64,000 bases of DNA from Candidatus Latescibacterota bacterium (GTDB lineage: Bacteria; Latescibacterota; UBA2968), in contig OZ220741.1 of the NCBI GenBank assembly GCA_965116885.1, positions 480,001-544,000 on the forward strand. The letters run 5' to 3'. Below the pieces are notes generated by a model that made no database searches, was not told the DNA's origin, and saw only the letters and a program-made list of their open reading frames with translations. The position numbers were made by a program, and so were the translations under genes. Below are positions 25,889 to 34,230 of this stretch, in pieces (position 1 is the first letter of the stretch; each line of letters starts with the position of its first letter).

Positions 25889-26902
25889 CTATTTCCGCTC
25901 ATCGTACTGCCGTCTGTAATATTCTCGATAACTCTCACTCTCTCGAATTTTTCGCCACCAATCTTCATTGCCCAGATACCATTCAACCGTCAGGCGCAAC
26001 GACTCTTCAAAATTGTACTTCGGCTTCCATCCCAGCGCCATAATTTTTGACGCATCCAGAGAATACCGCATATCGTGCCCGGGTCGATCGGCCACATGCG
26101 CCATCAAATCTCTGGGCTTCTCCAAATACTCCAGAATTTTTTCCGCAACAGAAAGACCATCCGCTTCATTCTCACCCCCCACATTATACGCCTCGCCCTG
26201 CGCGCCCTTGTGTAGCACCAGATCAATCGCCTCGCAGTGATCCGTCACATAGAGATGATCGCGAATCGCCGTCCCTGCGCCATATACGGGCAATGCAATA
26301 TCGTCCATCGCATTGGTAATATAAATGGGCACGCGCTTTTCGGGATATTGAAACCCCCCAATATTATTGGACGCGCGCGTAATCACCACGGGCAAATTGT
26401 ATGTAATGGCAAATGCCCGCGCCATCATATCTCCAGACGCCTTCGCCACCGCATAGGGATTGCGCGGTGCAATCGGCGCATCCTCGGTCCACGGATCTTC
26501 GTCCTCTCCCAAAGACCCATACACCTCATCGGTACTCACCTGCAAAAACCGCTCAACACCGCAATCTCGCGCTGCAGCGAGCAGCGTGTACACACCCAGC
26601 GCATTGGACTTCATAAACTCCTCGGCACCCATAATGCTCCGATCCACATGGCTCTCCGCCGCAAAATTCACTACCAGATCAACCCGCTGCATCAAATCAT
26701 TGACCAACCCGGCATCGCAAATATCCCCCCGTACAAATTCATATCGGGAACTGTCCGCAACATCCAGCAAATTGTCCAGATTGCCCGCGTACGTCAGCTT
26801 GTCCAGATTGATAACGCGATAATCGCGATACGCATCGAGAACATATCGCACAAAATGGCTGCCGATAAACCCGGCACCGCCTGTAATGAGCATTGTCTTC
26901 AA
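25889..26902 (-). CDS. rfbB: dTDP-glucose 4,6-dehydratase
   Basis: TGGAGFIGS, DKLTYAGN, AAESHVDRSI, VSTDEVYG, Y...K, DRPGHD.RY. Confidence 0.95.
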   Translation of the reverse strand: MKTMLITGGAGFIGSHFVRYVLDAYRDYRVINLDKLTYAGNLDNLLDVADSSRYEFVRGDICDAGLVNDLMQRVDLVVNFAAESHVDRSIMGAEEFMKSNALGVYTLLAAARDCGVERFLQVSTDEVYGSLGEDEDPWTEDAPIAPRNPYAVAKASGDMMARAFAITYNLPVVITRASNNIGGFQYPEKRVPIYITNAMDDIALPVYGAGTAIRDHLYVTDHCEAIDLVLHKGAQGEAYNVGGENEADGLSVAEKILEYLEKPRDLMAHVADRPGHDMRYSLDASKIMALGWKPKYNFEESLRLTVEWYLGNEDWWRKIRESESYREYYRRQYDERK

Positions 26903-26988
26903 ATTTTTCTCCGTTCATGCGGGTTAAGAGGATATGCGTTGCTTGTCGAAAGTGTTGGTGATAATTCCACCTTTTTTATCTTTGTTCT

Positions 26989-27160
26989 GCCTTCGGCGAC
27001 TTCATTTTTTTGCGCGCCCAAAAAAATAAAGGAAAAAAAGGGCGCCCCTGCGGGGGGCTGGCACAGCGCAAACCGTTTTTGTGATAGTACGACATGCGGT
27101 GGCCTGCACAGTTGGAATGCCATAAAGATGTCCGCTGCGAGACGGACTCGCGCGCTGTGC
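26989..27160. other. Structured intergenic element (putative MITE-like repeat or ncRNA)
   Basis: gcc-ttc-ggc hairpin (cUUCGg), atttttttg-cgcgcc-caaaaaaat hairpin, long-range gcacagcgc(27061-69)/gcgctgtgc(27152-60), gtccg..cggac hairpin. Confidence 0.45.
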
Positions 27161-27204
27161 GTGATGACTTTAACTGATTTTTGAAATGGTGTGTTTTGAA
27201 ATAG

Positions 27205-27399
27205 CTAATCTGAATACACCGTTTCCGTACCTTTTTGGACGCCCTCCAATAAGTCTGCGGCAAGGTAGTAATCCTCCACATCCTCAAGACCGCGTTTAAT
27301 AATCTCCTTGAGAAAGAAATCCTTGCTGCGCCCTGTTCGCGCCACGAGGGAATCAATTCGTTTCTCTGCTTCGGAAGCCAGTTGAATAGTACTCGCCAT
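27205..27399 (-). CDS. Ribbon-helix-helix (CopG/RelB-like) antitoxin, short and with no adjacent toxin
   Basis: MASTIQL..E.EKRIDSLVARTGRSKDFF.KE.I..GLEDVEDYYLA; SD GAGGAG. Confidence 0.7.
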   Translation of the reverse strand: MASTIQLASEAEKRIDSLVARTGRSKDFFLKEIIKRGLEDVEDYYLAADLLEGVQKGTETVYSD

Positions 27400-27556
27400 A
27401 TTGCCATCTCCTCTAAACGTCTCAAAATAGACACGATACCGATCTGGCATCGCCATCATTTCATACACGTTTTCTTCCAGTTGGTTCAACATAAAATTTT
27501 GAGTAATAGTCGCAGAGTGTCGAATGTCTATATGTTTGGAGAATTTTCAAACTTAA

Positions 27557-27826
27557 TCAATAGGCGGGTTGTACACGCAATACGTCTGCCGGATCGCTTT
27601 GCTGGATTTGTTCGCTATAGGCTGTCTTGCGGCGTTGCCAAATTTCGTAAATACCTTTCCACCGACTAAAATCTGTTCGGGTTTCGTCAAAATCGTCGTA
27701 GCACGATAATTTTCCCGCCATTAAACTGTCGTAAAAATCCTGGCTGAGAATCCCGTATTTTTCCTCGTAAAGCGTGAGTCTCCGTTCAAGCTGCTTCATT
27801 TCAAGAACGAGTTCATGAAGTTCCAT
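27557..27826 (-). CDS. Hypothetical protein resembling small TumA-like antitoxins
   Basis: L..YEEKYG..S.DFY.....GKL......DF..W...Y pattern; family recalled, not searched. Confidence 0.45.
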   Translation of the reverse strand: MELHELVLEMKQLERRLTLYEEKYGILSQDFYDSLMAGKLSCYDDFDETRTDFSRWKGIYEIWQRRKTAYSEQIQQSDPADVLRVQPAY

Positions 27827-27952
27827 TGTGATTTCTCGAAACATTATTGACATTGTAGGTTTTTAATAGCTATATTTTTCAGCCCCAATGCTTCTTTTAA
27901 GGATACGCTCTTTTTTTCAATATACCTCATAAAATCCGGTAGGAGCTAAAAC

Positions 27953-28186
27953 ATGAAACACATTATTTCAGATCCAGAGATTCTGGGTGGTAAACCAGTT
28001 ATTGAAGGCACGCGATTGAGTGTTGAGCATATTTTAGGCTTACTTGCGCGCAATATGTCACATCGAGAAATCGTGGAGGCGTATCCAGTATTAACAGTTG
28101 AAGACGTGAATGGTGTTTTGGAATACGCTGCAAAGGCATTGCAAAACGATATTGTGATTGATGTCAAAATGGCTTCAGGAGTCTAA
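27953..28186 (+). CDS. DUF433 domain-containing antitoxin
   Basis: I.SDPEILGGKPVI.GTRLSVE.IL..LA......EI...YP.L..EDV...L.YA. Confidence 0.9.
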   Translation: MKHIISDPEILGGKPVIEGTRLSVEHILGLLARNMSHREIVEAYPVLTVEDVNGVLEYAAKALQNDIVIDVKMASGV

Positions 28187-28189
28187 CGT

Positions 28190-28222
28190 ATGTTGCCACC
28201 TCTTGTGGCGGATATGAATATC
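28190..28222 (+). pseudogene. Probable 5' remnant of a DUF5615 PIN toxin
   Basis: ATG 3 nt after the DUF433 stop reads MLPPLVADMNI, resembling the PIN start (FLADMNI/LLDENI); the frame stops after 28 codons. Confidence 0.45.
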
Positions 28223-28241
28223 GGGATTAAGGAGATACATA

Positions 28242-29027
28242 ATGGGAAATCTGACTCCTTACTCAATGCTCAGTGACGAACAGGTCGAAGCATTCTTTGA
28301 AATTGGATTCGTCATCGTACCGGACGTCTTTACACCAACCGAAATCGAAGAAATGCGAGCCGGATTTGACCGGCTGCAAAAAATGGCCTACGCGCTATCG
28401 GAACCCGGGATCCACAACGGCTCTGATTTTGCCATAGAAAGAAAGGAATCGGGACAGGTCATCATTCACCGCATCTCCTGGTGTGGGGCGGCCGAACCCG
28501 TGCTGCTCGCTTATGGCAAAGACCTCCGCCTCCTCGGCATGGCGAGCCAGTTGCTGGGCAGCAATGAAATGAACCAGTTAATCAACCAGGCCCACTTCAA
28601 AATACCCGGCGACAACGTCGCATTTCCGTGGCATCAGGACAGCGAACATCGCGGATATGGAAAACCCTGGTGGAAGGACGTCAATGGACGCGGCAGCTTT
28701 GTCCAGCAAGCCATCGCCATTGACGATGTAACCGAAAAAAGTGGACCTCTGAAATTCATCCCCGAGAGTTGCAAATTGGGACACCTGGGCCTGCTGAGTC
28801 GCAGCGAAGAAGAATACCCGGCGCTCTTCGACCCCGACGACGCTATCACGGGGATCATGAAAGCCGGCAGCGTAGCCCTATTCAACCCTTATGTCATCCA
28901 CGGCAGCGAACCGAACCGCTCGCAGAAATCGCGGCGCGTCTTTATAAACGGCTATGCCTACCCGGGCGCCAACTCGAGAACCTATCCCGGAAGGGGTGCT
29001 GGCAGACTCTTGAAGATCACCGACTAA
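28242..29027 (+). CDS. Phytanoyl-CoA dioxygenase (PhyH)-family Fe/2OG oxygenase, copy 1
   Basis: WHQD..., IAIDD...GPL.FIP.S, IHGS.PN.S...RR. Confidence 0.9.
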   Translation: MGNLTPYSMLSDEQVEAFFEIGFVIVPDVFTPTEIEEMRAGFDRLQKMAYALSEPGIHNGSDFAIERKESGQVIIHRISWCGAAEPVLLAYGKDLRLLGMASQLLGSNEMNQLINQAHFKIPGDNVAFPWHQDSEHRGYGKPWWKDVNGRGSFVQQAIAIDDVTEKSGPLKFIPESCKLGHLGLLSRSEEEYPALFDPDDAITGIMKAGSVALFNPYVIHGSEPNRSQKSRRVFINGYAYPGANSRTYPGRGAGRLLKITD

Positions 29028-29956
29028 CGGCCAATCTGAGCCATCTCCCGGTCCTCCTCAAGCGCACGGGCTATCGCTTGACGCACATTTAGAGGACGGA
29101 CGGGAAAACGCTCGCGCGCACCGTCATCTCGAACAATCGTCTCATTGCGCAAACTGTCGATAAGCTTCTTACCCACCCGCGCATAAAGAGGCGTCACCAG
29201 CCACAACCACAAACTGGAAAGACGAGGACTCAAAAAAGGAACCGGAATCATAAGACGCCGCACGCCGATCTGGCGGGCATATTCCCGCATCAACCCGCCG
29301 TAGGACACCTGTTGAGGCCCCCCAATCTCAAAAACCGCGCTACCCTCCCCCTCCATATCCAGACCATGGATCAAATAAGCAATCACATCCGCAATCGCAA
29401 TCGGCTGGGTTGGCGTGCGGACCCAGCTCGGCGTAATCATAATCGGCAACTTATTGACCAGACTCCGCACCATCTCAAAAGACAGCGACCCCGAACCAAT
29501 AATAATAGAAGCCCGAAACTCCAGCGTTGCAGGTCCCTCCGAAGCCAGAATATTACCCACCTCCTGGCGACTCGCCAAATGAGAAGAAAGCTGGCGATCC
29601 CCAACCAGACCCCCCAGATAAATAACGCGCCGAACTCCTTGCTGCAGCGCGGCGCGAGCAAAATTTTGTGCCCCAACGCGGTCCTGCTCCTCAAAATTGG
29701 CTCTGGACCCCATAGAATGCACCAGATAGTACGCCGTATTCACCCCTTCCAGAGCAACCCTCAGCGAATCCCGATCCAGCACATCCCCTGCGACAATCTC
29801 GGTATCGGAACAAAACCGACCCATCAGATACTGGGGATTGCGAGCCAGACACCGCACGCGCGCGCCCCTCTCTTCAAGCGCCGGAACCAGCCGCCCCCCA
29901 ACATACCCACTGGCCCCCGTCACCAGCACGAGCTTGTCTTTTTCCCTATCAGACAT
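29024..29956 (-). CDS. Atypical SDR/NAD(P)-binding protein (YbjT-like), possibly C-terminally truncated
   Basis: LVTGASGYVG, AYYLVHSM, HLASRQEVG, FRASIIIGSGS.SFE, TQPIA. Confidence 0.8.
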   Translation of the reverse strand: MSDREKDKLVLVTGASGYVGGRLVPALEERGARVRCLARNPQYLMGRFCSDTEIVAGDVLDRDSLRVALEGVNTAYYLVHSMGSRANFEEQDRVGAQNFARAALQQGVRRVIYLGGLVGDRQLSSHLASRQEVGNILASEGPATLEFRASIIIGSGSLSFEMVRSLVNKLPIMITPSWVRTPTQPIAIADVIAYLIHGLDMEGEGSAVFEIGGPQQVSYGGLMREYARQIGVRRLMIPVPFLSPRLSSLWLWLVTPLYARVGKKLIDSLRNETIVRDDGARERFPVRPLNVRQAIARALEEDREMAQIGR

Positions 29957-30248
29957 TGCTTTACCCGCGTCATAAGAGTGGAATATTGAAAGTTTATCTA
30001 TGTGGACGCCTCAATAGACAAAAGCGTTTCGATTATAGCACCTTCTGAAACGCATTCTGCAGGTACAGATTCAGGCGTTTTGGATCAAAAGGCAATATAT
30101 ACCAAAAAATTGAAAAAGGAGATAAACTAATATTTTATTGTAGATAAATTATTGATATATATTGCTATAGTCTAAAATTGTGACATGATAAAAAAATAAA
30201 TAATATTTATAACCCAATGATAAAATAGAAATTTAAACGAAAAATTGC

Positions 30249-30278
30249 TTGACATTCCAATAAATATAATCTTATCAT
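30249..30278 (+). promoter_or_regulatory. Putative sigma70 promoter of the OM cassette
   Basis: TTGACA-18bp-TATCAT within a very AT-rich ~200-bp region. Confidence 0.55.
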
Positions 30279-30353
30279 TTCTATAAATTTTACAAATAGA
30301 AGTTTAGCCTACAGCAGTGAGCCAGTCTATCAAAACCAAAAGGAGGGCAGACA

Positions 30354-31073
30354 TTGAAGCTACTCAAAGTATTGACAATGTGCGGGCTAATGTGTCTCGC
30401 TTTCAATAGCAAAGCCCAGGAGGCACATGCCCAGGACAAGACCCAATGGCGGCTGGGTTTGGGAGGATATTGGAGCCTCAACGTGCCATTAATGGGTCTG
30501 AGAGATCGGGTCACCGATGCCGGGAAGATAGGGGGAACACTCAGCTATGTGATGTCCCCCAGAACGATCATGGAATTGGAGTGCTATTACGCCAAGTTTA
30601 ACAACGGAAAGCTCGAGGACCTGGAATTTGTCTGGCCGGTAGATGGCAATTCCTATGGCAGCCCTCAAGCGCTATCGGAGATGACACTCAAAAGTGCCAT
30701 CTTGAACTTGGTGTTGCACTCATCCAGCGATCGCGCCTTCACGCGCGGTGGTATTTCTCCCTATCTCGCTTTCGGCGTCGGATTTTACGACTACGATTTT
30801 TACAATGAAAATCTGGTCTTTGGCGCGCAGACCTCACCGCCGCTCGACACAACCCTCGTCCTTCACCCCTTCAGCGATACGCGCACGGCCTTGAGTTTCA
30901 ACCTCGGCCTTGGTGCTCAAGCCTTCATTATCGAAAACTGGGCATTGGATGTGCGGGCGCGGTACAACATGATGATAGGCGAACTGCGCGAGGTCGTACA
31001 ATACAACATCGGACACACATTTCCGATCCAGCTATTCGATATAAATGCGGGAATAAAATTCTATTTCAAATAG
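30354..31073 (+). CDS. Small outer-membrane beta-barrel protein
   Basis: Signal peptide, amphipathic strands (SPYLAFGVGFY, FNLGLGA, LDVRARY), C-terminal GIKFYFK; SD AGGAGG. Confidence 0.75.
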   Translation: MKLLKVLTMCGLMCLAFNSKAQEAHAQDKTQWRLGLGGYWSLNVPLMGLRDRVTDAGKIGGTLSYVMSPRTIMELECYYAKFNNGKLEDLEFVWPVDGNSYGSPQALSEMTLKSAILNLVLHSSSDRAFTRGGISPYLAFGVGFYDYDFYNENLVFGAQTSPPLDTTLVLHPFSDTRTALSFNLGLGAQAFIIENWALDVRARYNMMIGELREVVQYNIGHTFPIQLFDINAGIKFYFK

Positions 31074-31086
31074 TAAGGAGGTCTTG

Positions 31087-34000
31087 ATGAATCAGCCCAA
31101 ATCAGTTGTACTTTCTGTATTCGCGACCGGGCTATTGACCTTTGTGCTGGGTTTAATGCTATCCGGACCCGTCCTGGCGGGAACAACGGGCAAAATAACC
31201 GGTCAGGTCCTGGACCCAGACGGCAGCCCCCTCCCCGGATCAAACCTGGTTATTGAGGGTACGCAGCGGGGGGCAACAGCCGACGCGGAAGGAAATTACG
31301 TCATCCTGCTCGTGGAACCGGGAATGTACACAATGACGGCAAGCCTGGTCGGCTACACACCTCGGACCAAGACGCAGGTGCGAGTAAATGCAGACTTTAC
31401 CACGACCGTAAATTTCACGCTACCGCCAACAGTATTAGAAATGGAAGTCCTGACCGTAGTGGCGGAGCGGCCCCCAGTGGAGCCAGACAAAACATCCAGC
31501 AAATATGTCATCGACGCCAGTGATATTGAGGCACTCCCCCTGATTCGAGGCTTCGACGATCTGATTGAGCTTCAGGCAGGGGTCTCGAACGACGGACGGC
31601 AGCGGATCCGAGGAGGCGATACATACGAGGCCGGAGATGTCACCTACTACCTGGATGGCATCAAGATTGTCAACAACGACACCGGCTGGGACAGGTCTCG
31701 CTACTTCCAGGGATTCAACAACAGCGCCATCCAGGAACTAACGGTTGTGACCGGCGGTATGGAAGCCGAATACGGCAACGCACAGGGCGGCGTCATCAAT
31801 ATCGTAACCAAATCGGGCGGAAAGGACATAGGGGGGCGGCTCGAATACCGTTTTACGCCATCTACCCAAAGGCACTGGGGAGATAATGTATATGACTCTC
31901 CAGTGCATCGAGACCGCATGAAATTCGACGACATTGAATGGGTAAACGAAATTGATCCCCTGACCGGCCGCCTCGTCCACCAGAGGACAAACTACTCAGA
32001 GGTCTCAGGACATTTTGTGGAAGGAAATCTCTCTGGGCCCATCGGTGGAAAAGCCTCCTTCTTCGCCAGTTCGCGCTACAACCTCCAGCCAGCCACAATT
32101 CCAGGCCCGGAGGACACCTCGCCGCCAAACACCCATAATATTGGCAAACTGACCTTCGATATTTCGCCCAACATCAGGGGTACCGCTGGCGGCTTCTATG
32201 CCAGAGCCAGAGGATTCAACAACGGGGGCGAGGGCACTGTGCGGAACATGTCGAACAGTGGGCGAAATATCTTCCTGCCTTCGGGTGTGTCCGGAGCGGG
32301 AGAGTGGATCGAACAGGACAACCTGTTATACGCCACCCTGACCCATTCCCTGACGCCCAAGATGTTTTACGAAGTCCGCATTTTCCGCTCTGAAAGCAAG
32401 CGCGACTCCTCGGGGGTACCATCGCTGGAGGACGTTCGTAATACAGGTCCAGAATTCCGCGACAAAGACAACTGGTTTTACATCCGTCCGCGGCCAACTG
32501 TCAGCGTCCGGATCGGCAACCAAAAGCGCGTTGGCATCAAATTCGATCTCTCTAATCAGGTGACCCGAGGCCACTTCATCAAAACTGGCTTCGAAGCAAC
32601 CTTCTACGACACCTGGGGCACGCGCGTCATTAAAACCACGGAGAACTCGCGACGGATCCTCTTTGTGGGAAAAGCCCATCAGATGGGCGAAGGCGTTACG
32701 CCGCGTCAATACTCCGTGTACGCCCAGGATAAAATGGAATTCCTGGGACTGATCATCAACGTCGGCATTCGCGGAGACCTGTTCGACACGAACACCCCGA
32801 TTGGAGCATGGCATGGATGGCCGGCCATCTATACGACCTACACGCGAAACCGTCAAGCACCTACGGTAGATGGACCTGTCATCAAAAATTTCTCTCCCCG
32901 CATTGGAATCTCGCACCCCATTACCGAACGCGCAAAGCTCCACTACTTCTTCGGAAAGTTCTACCAGATCAACAACTTCCATCAGATGTTCGGCGAAGAG
33001 TGGCGTGGCAACGAGGCAGATGTAGATGTCAACCAGAACGGACGCATCGATCCTGAGACTGAATTGTACAATCGCCTGAGGACATCGGATGAGTACGGAG
33101 ATCCCCGAGTTCAGGCATGGGAACAGACCGTACAATTTGAGGTCGGCTTCGACTGGAATTTCGTGAGCGACTACACGCTGAGCCTGGCGACATTCCACAA
33201 GAGCCAGAACGATCAGGTCAACGGTTCCGGGTTCAGTCGCATGAACGACCCGGCGGGGGTAAAGCGCCCCACAGGCGCTGGCATCGCTTTCCGGTATTCG
33301 TCTCTGCGGAAGGAATTTAACGATGTCCGCGGATTCGAATTGGGACTCCGCAAGAAATTCAGCCACAACTTCTCTTTTTCAGCTGCCTACAACCTGCAGT
33401 GGGAATCAGAGGGCGAAGGCGGCGTCACATTTGATTTCTACTTGCCAACCGGCGAGTTCGTCATGAGCGACCACTATGCGCCCAACGGCGCAGATAGATA
33501 TTGGGAGCCTCAACCGGACGGTAGCGAGCGCCTGATTCCAATCAGCGAAGCAGATCCGGCGCGCGCACGGGAATTGGCCGATATTGCCGATGCGGCCATC
33601 GCCGCTTACGACCCGACGACCCTTCAGTTCAACGGAATCAAAGGGGAACTAATGGATTTCGAGGATTACCCGGGGATGAAGCGCTTCCTGGTCTGGCGGC
33701 AGTCGGCGTACGGACCGCGAAGGAACAGCATCGGAGATGACAGGCGAAGCCAGGGATCATTGGCATTTCTCTTTGCATCGCCCTCCGAGTATGGTCCCAG
33801 GATCCGGGGTTTCGCACCGCTGGAAAACCTGAACGTCAATCTGGTCTATCGACTGGTGACAGGCGGACCGTTCCAGTTCCGGCCCCTGGTGGGACCTCGG
33901 GAAATAAAACCCAAACCCATGCTGACGACTGTGGATTTAGGTGTCGTGAGGCGATTCGACTTCGGTGATAAGCAACTCGAGTTTTTCATCGAGGTATCCA

Positions 34001-34191
34001 ACCTGTTCAACCAGCAAGACTACAACCTGTCGGCCGTTTCCAGTTCGGCTGGTAACGATTATTATCAGTACGGCTTAGACCTTCCCCGCCCGACCAGTCC
34101 GACCTACAACGCATTTGGAGACACCCTGGATCGGACTCGCTATGCGGGGGCACCGAGAGAGACATTCACTGGACTTCGCCTCTCTTTTTAA
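31087..34191 (+). CDS. TonB-dependent receptor with N-terminal carboxypeptidase-regulatory-like domain
   Basis: Signal peptide, GTTGKITGQV..D...PLPG, plug IRGG..YYLDG..IQELTVVTGG.EAEYGNAQGGVINIVTK, FSPRIGISHPIT, C-terminal GLRLSF. Confidence 0.92.
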   Translation: MNQPKSVVLSVFATGLLTFVLGLMLSGPVLAGTTGKITGQVLDPDGSPLPGSNLVIEGTQRGATADAEGNYVILLVEPGMYTMTASLVGYTPRTKTQVRVNADFTTTVNFTLPPTVLEMEVLTVVAERPPVEPDKTSSKYVIDASDIEALPLIRGFDDLIELQAGVSNDGRQRIRGGDTYEAGDVTYYLDGIKIVNNDTGWDRSRYFQGFNNSAIQELTVVTGGMEAEYGNAQGGVINIVTKSGGKDIGGRLEYRFTPSTQRHWGDNVYDSPVHRDRMKFDDIEWVNEIDPLTGRLVHQRTNYSEVSGHFVEGNLSGPIGGKASFFASSRYNLQPATIPGPEDTSPPNTHNIGKLTFDISPNIRGTAGGFYARARGFNNGGEGTVRNMSNSGRNIFLPSGVSGAGEWIEQDNLLYATLTHSLTPKMFYEVRIFRSESKRDSSGVPSLEDVRNTGPEFRDKDNWFYIRPRPTVSVRIGNQKRVGIKFDLSNQVTRGHFIKTGFEATFYDTWGTRVIKTTENSRRILFVGKAHQMGEGVTPRQYSVYAQDKMEFLGLIINVGIRGDLFDTNTPIGAWHGWPAIYTTYTRNRQAPTVDGPVIKNFSPRIGISHPITERAKLHYFFGKFYQINNFHQMFGEEWRGNEADVDVNQNGRIDPETELYNRLRTSDEYGDPRVQAWEQTVQFEVGFDWNFVSDYTLSLATFHKSQNDQVNGSGFSRMNDPAGVKRPTGAGIAFRYSSLRKEFNDVRGFELGLRKKFSHNFSFSAAYNLQWESEGEGGVTFDFYLPTGEFVMSDHYAPNGADRYWEPQPDGSERLIPISEADPARARELADIADAAIAAYDPTTLQFNGIKGELMDFEDYPGMKRFLVWRQSAYGPRRNSIGDDRRSQGSLAFLFASPSEYGPRIRGFAPLENLNVNLVYRLVTGGPFQFRPLVGPREIKPKPMLTTVDLGVVRRFDFGDKQLEFFIEVSNLFNQQDYNLSAVSSSAGNDYYQYGLDLPRPTSPTYNAFGDTLDRTRYAGAPRETFTGLRLSF

Positions 34192-34230
34192 ACCAACTAT
34201 GTCACCCCTTGAACTAAAGGAGAATATTCC

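Noticed and set aside
32326..33366. Long antisense ORF (346 aa) inside the TBDR, and similar shadow ORFs (e.g. 26237-27184, 39445-40389)
   Set aside because: No recognisable motifs; they overlap well-supported genes and are expected from codon bias
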